NCBI GenBank assembly: GCA_964016885.1
Contig: OZ024742.1
Location: 62,868,001-62,932,000, forward strand
Direction: 5' to 3'
DNA length: 64,000 nt
DNA from: Eledone cirrhosa
Taxonomy: Eukaryota
Position numbers and translations under genes: made by a program. Shown here piece by piece: positions 55,001 through 64,000 of the stretch (positions are counted from its first letter, which is position 1; each line of letters begins with the position of its first letter). The notes under the pieces are model-generated. The model saw nothing but the letters and a program-made list of their open reading frames with translations, did not search any database and was not told the DNA's origin.

Positions 55001-58000
55001 TCTCTTAACTCCTTACTACCTGCCTCTCTGTCAGTCTGTAAACTCTTAACTTCTTACTACCTGTCTCTCTGTCAGTCTGTCTTCTCTTAACTTCTTACTA
55101 CCTGTCTCTCTGTCAGTCTGTTTTCTCTTAACTTCTTACTACCTGTCTCTCTGACAGTCTGTCATCTCTTAACTTCTTACTACATGTCTCTCTGTCAGTC
55201 TGTCATCTCTTTACTTCTTACTACCTGTCTCTCTGTCAGTCTGTGTTCTCTTAACTCCTTACTACCTGCCTCTCTGTCAGTCTTTCATCTCTTAACTTCT
55301 TACTACCTGTCTCTCTGTCAGTCTGTCTTCTCTTAACTTCTTACTACCTGTCTCTCTGTCAGTCTGTTTTCTCTTAACCTCTTACTACCTGTCTCTCTGA
55401 CAGTCTGTCATCTCTTAACTTCTTAGTAACTGTCTCTCTGTCAGTCTGTCATCTCTTAACTTCTTACTATCTGTCTCTCGGACAGTCTTTCATCTCTTAA
55501 CTTCTTACAACCTGTCTCTGTGTCAGTCTGTCTTCTCTTAACTTCTTGCTACATGTCTCTCTGTCAATCTGTCTTCTCTTAACTTCTTACTACCTGTCTC
55601 CCTGTCAGTCTGTCTTCTCTTAACTTCTTACTACATGTCTCTCTGTCAGTCTGTCTTCTCTTAACTTCTTACTACCTGTCTCTCTGTCAGTCTGTCTTCT
55701 CTTAACTTCTTACTACCTGTCTCTCTGTCAGTCTGTCGTCTCTTAACTTCTTACTACCTGTCTCTCTGTCAGTCTGTCATCCCTTAACTACTTACTATCT
55801 GTCTCTCTGTCAGTCTGTCTTCTCTTAACTTCTTACTACCTGCTTCTCTGTCAGTCTGTCATCTCTTAACTTCTTACTATCTCCCTCTCTGTCAGTCTGT
55901 CATCTCTTAACTACTTACTATCTGTCTCTCTGTCAGTCTGTCTTCTCTTACCTTCTTACTACCTGTCTCTCTGTCAGTCTGTCATCTCTTAACTTCTTAC
56001 TACAGGTCTCTCTGTCAGTCTGTCTTCTCTTAACTTCTTACTACCTGTCTCTCTGTCAGTCTGTCATCTCTTAACTTCTTACTACCTGTCTCTCTGTCAG
56101 TCTGTCATCTCTTAACTTCTTACTACCTGTCTCTCTGTCAGTCTGTCATCTCTTAACTTCTTACTACCTGTCTCTCTGTCAATCTGTCTTCTCTTAACTT
56201 TTTACTACCTGTCTCTCTGTCAATCTGTCTTCTCTTAACTTCTTACTATCTGTCTCTCTGTTAGTCTGTCTTCTCTTAACTTCTTACTACCCGCTTCTCT
56301 GTCAGTCTGTCATCTCTTAACTTCTTACTACCTGTCTCTCTGTCAATCTGTCTTCTCTTAACTTCTTACTACATGTCTCTCTGTCATTCTGTCTTCTCTT
56401 AACTTCTTACTACCTGTCTCTCTGTCAGTCTGTCTTCACTTAACTTCTTACTACCTGTCTCTCTGACAGTCTGTCATCTCTTAACTTCTTACTACCTGTC
56501 TCTCTGTCAGTCTGTCATCTCTTAACTTCTTACGACCTGTCTCTCTCTCAGTCTGTGTTCTCTTAACTCCTTACTACCTGCCTCTCTGTCAGTCTTTCAT
56601 CTCTTAACTTCTTACTACCTGTCTCTCTGTCAGTCTGTCTTCTCTAAACTTCTTACTACATGTCACTCTGTCAGTCTGTCTTCTCTTAACTTCTTACTAC
56701 CTGTCTCTCGGTCAGTCTTTCATCTCTTAACTTATTACTACCTGTCTCTCTGTCAGTCTGTCTTCACTTAACTTCTTACTACCTGTCTCTCTGTCAGTCT
56801 GTCTTCTATTAACTTCTTACTACCTGTCTCTCTGTCAGTCTGTCTTCTCTTAACTTCTTACTACCTGTCTCTCTGACAGTCTGTCATCTCTTAACTTCTT
56901 ACTACCTGTCTCTCTGTCAGTCTGTCATCTCTTAACTTCTTACTACCTGTCTCTCTGTCAGTCTGTCATCTCTTAACTTCTTACTACCTGTCTCTCTGTC
57001 AGTCTGTCTTCTCTTAACTTCTTACTACATGTCTCTCTGTCAGTCTGTCTTCTCTTAACTTCTTACTACCTGTCTCTCTGTCAGTCTGTCTTCTCTTAAC
57101 TTCTTACTACCTGTCTCTCTGTCAGTCTGTCATCTCTTAACTACTTACTATCTGTCTCTCTGTCAGTCTGTGTTCTCTTAACTCCTTACTACCTGCCTCT
57201 CTGTCAGTCTGTCAACTCTTAACTTCTTACTACCTGTCTCTCTGTCAGTCTGTCTTCTCTTAACTTCTTACTACCTGTCCCTCTGTCAGTCTGTTTTCTC
57301 TTAACTTCTTACTACCTGTCTCTCTGACAGTCTGTCATCTCTTAACTTCTTACTACATGTCTCTCTGTCAGTCTGTCATCTCTTTACTTCTTACTACCTG
57401 TCTCTCTGTCAGTCTGTGTTCTCTTAACTCCTTACTACCTGCCTCTCTGTCAGTCTTTCATCTCTTAACTTCTTACTACCTGTCTCTCTGTCAGTCTGTC
57501 TTCTCTTAACTTCTTACTACCTGTCTCTCTGTCAGTCTGTTTTCTCTTAACTTCTTACTACCTGTCTCTCTGACAGTCTGTCATCTCTTAACTTCTTAGT
57601 AACTGTCTCTCTGTCAGTCTGTCATCTCTTAACTTCTTACTATCTGTCTCTCGGACAGTCTTTCATCTCTTAACTTCTTACTACCTGTCTCTGTGTCAGT
57701 CTGTCTTCTCTTAACTTCTTGCTACATGTCTCTCTGTCAATCTGTCTTCTCTTAACTTCTTACTACCTGTCTCCCTGTCAGTCTGTCTTCTCTTAACTTC
57801 TTACTACATGTCTCTCTGTCAGTCTGTCTTCTCTTAACTTCTTACTACCTGTCTCTCTGTCAGTCTGTCTTCTATTAACTTCTTACTACCTGTCTCTCTG
57901 TCAGTCTGTCGTCTCTTAACTTCTTACTACCTGTCTCTCTGTCAGTCTGTCATCTCTTAACTTCTTACGACCTGTCTCTCTGTCAGTCTGTGTTCTCTTA

Positions 58001-61000
58001 ACTCCTTACTACCTGCCTCTCTGTCAGTCTTTCATCTCTTAACTTCTTACTACCTGTCTCTCTGTCATTCTGTCTTCTCTAAACTTCTTACTACATGTCA
58101 CTCTGTCAGTCTGTCTTCTCTTAACTTCTTACTACCTGTCTCTCGGTCAGTCTTTCATCTCTTAACTTCTTACTACCTGTCTCTCTGTCAGTCTGTCTTC
58201 ACTTAACTTCTTACTACCTGTCTCTCTGTCAGTCTGTCTTCTATTAACTTCTTACTACCTGTCTCTCTGTCAGTCTGTCTTCTCTTAACTTCTTACTACC
58301 TGTCTCTCTGACAGTCTGTCATCTCTTAACTTCTTACTACCTGTCTCTCTGTCAGTCTGTCATCTCTTAACTTCTTACTACCTGTCTCTCTGTCAGTCTG
58401 TCATCTCTTAACTTCTTACTACCTGTCTCTCTGTCAGTCTGTCTTCTCTTAACTTCTTACTACATGTCTCTCTGTCAGTCTGTCTTCTCTTAACTTCTTA
58501 CTACCTGTCTCTCTGTCAGTCTGTCTTCTCTTAACTTCTTACTACCTGTCTCTCTGTCAGTCTGTCATCTCTTAACTACTTACTATCTGTCTCTCTGTCA
58601 GTCTGTGTTCTCTTAACTCCTTACTACCTGCCTCTCTGTCAGTCTGTAAACTCTTAACTTCTTACTACCTGTCTCTCTGTCAGTCTGTCTTCTCTTAACT
58701 TCTTACTACCTGTCTCTCTGTCAGTCTGTTTTCTCTTAACTTCTTACTACCTGTCTCTCTGACAGTCTGTCATCTCTTAACTTCTTACTACATGTCTCTC
58801 TGTCAGTCTGTCATCTCTTTACTTCTTACTACCTGTCTCTCTGTCAGTCTGTGTTCTCTTAACTCCTTACTACCTGCCTCTCTGTCAGTCTTTCATCTCT
58901 TAACTTCTTACTACCTGTCTCTCTGTCAGTCTGTCTTCTCTTAACTTCTTACTACCTGTCTCTCTGTCAGTCTGTTTTCTCTTAACTTCTTACTACCTGT
59001 CTCTCTGACAGTCTGTCATCTCTTAACTTCTTAGTAACTGTCTCTCTGTCAGTCTGTCATCTCTTAACTTCTTACTATCTGTCTCTCGGACAGTCTTTCA
59101 TCTCTTAACTTCTTACAACCTGTCTCTGTGTCAGTCTGTCTTCTCTTAACTTCTTGCTACATGTCTCTCTGTCAATCTGTCTTCTCTTAACTTCTTACTA
59201 CCTGTCTCTCTGTCAGTCTGTTTTCTCTTAACTTCTTACTACCTGTCTCTCTGACAGTCTGTCATCTCTTAACTTCTTAGTAACTGTCTCTCTGTCAGTC
59301 TGTCATCTCTTAACTTCTTACTATCTGTCTCTCGGACAGTCTTTCATCTCTTAACTTCTTACAACCTGTCTCTGTGTCAGTCTGTCTTCTCTTAACTTCT
59401 TGCTACATGTCTCTCTGTCAATCTGTCTTCTCTTAACTTCTTACTACCTGTCTCTCTGTCAGTCTGTCATCTCTTAACTTCTTACGACCTGTCTCTCTGT
59501 CAGTCTGTGTTCTCTTAACTCCTTACTACCTGCCTCTCTGTCAGTCTTTCATCTCTTAACTTCTTACTACCTGTCTCTCTGTCAGTCTGTCTTCTCTAAA
59601 CTTCTTACTACATGTCACTCTGTCAGTCTGTCTTCTCTTAACTTCTTACTACCTGTCTCTCGGTCAGTCTTTCATCTCTTAACTTATTACTACCTGTCTC
59701 TCTGTCAGTCTGTCTTCACTTAACTTCTTACTACCTGTCTCTCTGTCAGTCTGTCTTCTATTAACTTCTTACTACCTGTCTCTCTGTCAGTCTGTCTTCT
59801 CTTAACTTCTTACTACCTGTCTCTCTGACAGTCTGTCATCTCTTAACTTCTTACTACCTGTCTCTCTGTCAGTCTGTCATCTCTTAACTTCTTACTACCT
59901 GTCTCTCTGTCAGTCTGTCATCTCTTAACTTCTTACTACCTGTCTCTCTGTCAGTCTGTCTTCTCTTAACTTCTTACTACATGTCTCTCTGTCAGTCTGT
60001 CTTCTCTTAACTTCTTACTACCTGTCTCTCTGTCAGTCTGTCTTCTCTTAACTTCTTACTACCTGTCTCTCTGTCAGTCTGTCATCTCTTAACTACTTAC
60101 TAACTGTCTCTCTGTCAGTCTGTGTTCTCTTAACTCCTTACTACCTGCCTCTCTGTCAGTCTGTCAACTCTTAACTTCTTACTACCTGTCTCTCTGTCAG
60201 TCTGTCTTCTCTTAACTTCTTACTACCTGTCCCTCTGTCAGTCTGTTTTCTCTTAACTTCTTACTACCTGTCTCTCTGACAGTCTGTCATCTCTTAACTT
60301 CTTAGTAACTGTCTCTCTGTCAGTCTGTCATCTCTTAACTTCTTACTATCTGTCTCTCGGACAGTCTTTCATCTCTTAACTTCTTACTACCTGTCTCTGT
60401 GTCAGTCTGTCTTCTCTTAACTTCTTGCTACATGTCTCTCTGTCAATCTGTCTTCTCTTAACTTCTTACTACCTGTCTCCCTGTCAGTCTGTCTTCTCTT
60501 AACTTCTTACTACATGTCTCTCTGTCAGTCTGTCTTCTCTTAACTTCTTACTACCTGTCTCTCTGTCAGTCTGTCTTCTCTTAACTTCTTACTACCTGTC
60601 TCTCTGTCAGTCTGTCGTCTCTTAACTTCTTACTACCTGTCTCTCTGTCAGTCTGTCATCTCTTAACTTCTTACGACCTGTCTCTCTGTCAGTCTGTGTT
60701 CTCTTAACTCCTTACTACCTGCCTCTCTGTCAGTCTTTCATCTCTTAACTTCTTACTACCTGTCTCTCTGTCATTCTGTCTTCTCTAAACTTCTTACTAC
60801 ATGTCACTCTGTCAGTCTGTCTTCTCTTAACTTCTTACTACCTGTCTCTCGGTCAGTCTTTCATCTCTTAACTTCTTACTACCTGTCTCTCTGTCAGTCT
60901 GTCTTCACTTAACTTCTTACTACCTGTCTCTCTGTCAGTCTGTCTTCTATTAACTTCTTACTACCCGTCTCTCTGTCAGTCTGTCTTCTCTTAACTTCTT

Positions 61001-64000
61001 ACTACCTGTCTCTCTGACAGTCTGTCATCTCTTAACTTCTTACTACCTGTCTCTCTGTCAGTCTGTCATCTCTTAACTTCTTACTACCTGTCTCTCTGTC
61101 AGTCTGTCATCTCTTAACTTCTTACTACCTGTCTCTCTGTCAGTCTGTCTTCTCTTAACTTCTTACTACATGTCTCTCTGTCAGTCTGTCTTCTCTTAAC
61201 TTCTTACTACCTGTCTCTCTGTCAGTCTGTCTTCTCTTAACTTCTTACTACCTGTCTCTCTGTCAGTCTGTCATCTCTTAACTACTTACTATCTGTCTCT
61301 CTGTCAGTCTGTGTTCTCTTAACTCCTTACTACCTGCCTCTCTGTCAGTCTGTAAACTCTTAACTTCTTACTACCTGTCTCTCTGTCAGTCTGTCTTCTC
61401 TTAACTTCTTACTACCTGTCTCTCTGTCAGTCTGTTTTCTCTTAACTTCTTACTACCTGTCTCTCTGACAGTCTGTCATCTCTTAACTTCTTACTACATG
61501 TCTCTCTGTCAGTCTGTCATCTCTTTACTTCTTACTACCTGTCTCTCTGTCAGTCTGTGTTCTCTTAACTCCTTACTACCTGCCTCTCTGTCAGTCTTTC
61601 ATCTCTTAACTTCTTACTACCTGTCTCTCTGTCAGTCTGTCTTCTCTTAACTTCTTACTACCTGTCTCTCTGTCAGTCTGTTTTCTCTTAACTTCTTACT
61701 ACCTGTCTCTCTGACAGTCTGTCATCTCTTAACTTCTTAGTAACTGTCTCTCTGTCAGTCTGTCATCTCTTAACTTCTTACTATCTGTCTCTCGGACAGT
61801 CTTTCATCTCTTAACTTCTTACAACCTGTCTCTGTGTCAGTCTGTCTTCTCTTAACTTCTTGCTACATGTCTCTCTGTCAATCTGTCTTCTCTTAACTTC
61901 TTACTACCTGTCTCCCTGTCAGTCTGTCTTCTCTTAACTTCTTACTACATGTCTCTCTGTCAGTCTGTCTTCTCTTAACTTCTTACTACCTGTCTCTCTG
62001 TCAGTCTGTCTTCTCTTAACTTCTTACTACCTGTCTCTCTGTCAGTCTGTCGTCTCTTAACTTCTTACTACCTGTCTCTCTGTCAGTCTGTCATCTCTTA
62101 ACTACTTACTATCTGTCTCTCTGTCAGTCTGTCTTCTCTTAACTTCTTACTACCTGCTTCTCTGTCAGTCTGTCATCTCTTAACTTCTTACTATCTCCCT
62201 CTCTGTCAGTCTGTCATCTCTTAACTACTTACTATCTGTCTCTCTGTCAGTCTGTCTTCTCTTACCTTCTTACTACCTGTCTCTCTGTCAGTCTGTCATC
62301 TCTTAACTTCTTACTACAGGTCTCTCTGTCAGTCTGTCTTCTCTTAACTTCTTACTACCTGTCTCTCTGTCAGTCTGTCATCTCTTAACTTCTTACTACC
62401 TGTCTCTCTGTCAGTCTGTCATCTCTTAACTTCTTACTACCTGTCTCTCTGTCAGTCTGTCATCTCTTAACTTCTTACTACCTGTCTCTCTGTCAATCTG
62501 TCTTCTCTTAACTTTTTACTACCTGTCTCTCTGTCAATCTGTCTTCTCTTAACTTCTTACTATCTGTCTCTCTGTTAGTCTGTCTTCTCTTAACTTCTTA
62601 CTACCCGCTTCTCTGTCAGTCTGTCATCTCTTAACTTCTTACTACCTGTCTCTCTGTCAATCTGTCTTCTCTTAACTTCTTACTACATGTCTCTCTGTCA
62701 TTCTGTCTTCTCTTAACTTCTTACTACCTGTCTCTCTGTCAGTCTGTCTTCACTTAACTTCTTACTACCTGTCTCTCTGACAGTCTGTCATCTCTTAACT
62801 TCTTACTACCTGTCTCTCTGTCAGTCTGTCATCTCTTAACTTCTTACGACCTGTCTCTCTGTCAGTCTGTGTTCTCTTAACTCCTTACTACCTGCCTCTC
62901 TGTCAGTCTTTCATCTCTTAACTTCTTACTACCTGTCTCTCTGTCAGTCTGTCTTCTCTAAACTTCTTACTACATGTCACTCTGTCAGTCTGTCTTCTCT
63001 TAACTTCTTACTACCTGTCTCTCGGTCAGTCTTTCATCTCTTAACTTATTACTACCTGTCTCTCTGTCAGTCTGTCTTCACTTAACTTCTTACTACCTGT
63101 CTCTCTGTCAGTCTGTCTTCTATTAACTTCTTACTACCTGTCTCTCTGTCAGTCTGTCTTCTCTTAACTTCTTACTACCTGTCTCTCTGACAGTCTGTCA
63201 TCTCTTAACTTCTTACTACCTGTCTCTCTGTCAGTCTGTCATCTCTTAACTTCTTACTACCTGTCTCTCTGTCAGTCTGTCATCTCTTAACTTCTTACTA
63301 CCTGTCTCTCTGTCAGTCTGTCTTCTCTTAACTTCTTACTACATGTCTCTCTGTCAGTCTGTCTTCTCTTAACTTCTTACTACCTGTCTCTCTGTCAGTC
63401 TGTCTTCTCTTAACTTCTTACTACCTGTCTCTCTGTCAGTCTGTCATCTCTTAACTTCTTACTACCTGTCTCTCTGTCAGTCTGTCTTCTCTTAACTTCT
63501 TACTACCTGTCTCTCTGTCAGTCTGTCATCTCTTAACTTCTTACTACCTGTCTCTCTGTCAGTCTGTCTTCTCTTAACTTCTTACTACCTGTCTCTCTGT
63601 CAGTCTTTCATCTCTTAACTTCTTACTACCTGTCTCTCTGTCAGTCTGTCTTCACTTAACTTCTTACTACCTGTCTCTCTGTCAGTCTGTCTTCTATTAA
63701 CTTCTTACTACCCGTCTCTCTGTCAGTCTGTCTTCTCTTAACTTCTTACTACCTGTCTCTCTGACAGTCTGTCATCTCTTAACTTCTTACTACCTGTCTC
63801 TCTGTCAGTCTGTCATCTCTTAACTTCTTACTACCTGTCTCTCTGTCAGTCTGTCATCTCTTAACTTCTTACTACCTGTCTCTCTGTCAGTCTGTCTTCT
63901 CTTAACTTCTTACTACATGTCTCTCTGTCAGTCTGTCTTCTCTTAACTTCTTACTACCTGTCTCTCTGTCAGTCTGTCTTCTCTTAACTTCTTACTACCT
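34091..64000. repeat. 41-bp tandem satellite array, about 729.5 monomers, running off the window end
   Basis: Consensus TCTCTTAACTTCTTACTACCTGTCTCTCTGTCAGTCTGTC(A/T); monomer starts at 34091, 34501 and 63980 are in phase modulo 41. Confidence 0.99.

Noticed and set aside
34091-64000. CRISPR array or coding repeat
   Set aside because: No unique spacers and no cas genes; the 41-bp unit with palindromic TTAA puts a stop in every frame on both strands within three monomers.

Overview
Eukaryotic, AT-rich, repeat-dominated DNA with no recognisable host exon. The SINE families and dense (TA)n/(CA)n tracts suggest an invertebrate, probably Octopus (inference). Bases 1-34 kb are a mosaic of microsatellites and decayed transposons: two Penelope-like (PLE) GIY-YIG fragments, a Helitron 3' end, CR1-, RTE- and Tx1/L1-type LINE remnants, hAT and Tc1/mariner transposase pseudogenes, and tRNA-derived SINEs. 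Bases 34091-64000 are one 41-bp satellite array of about 729 monomers with no net indel and nested higher-order duplications. The most notable signal is a set of short (TA)n-bounded modules carrying minimal type-I hammerhead ribozyme motifs from at least five sequence families, one with a compensatory U3-A8 core. Several modules form head-to-head fold-back palindromes whose short arm ends at a (TA)n tract, suggesting TA-targeted PLE-type mobilisation with snap-back cDNA synthesis. Most ORFs in the supplied track are microsatellite artefacts. All motifs were read by eye; no searches were run.
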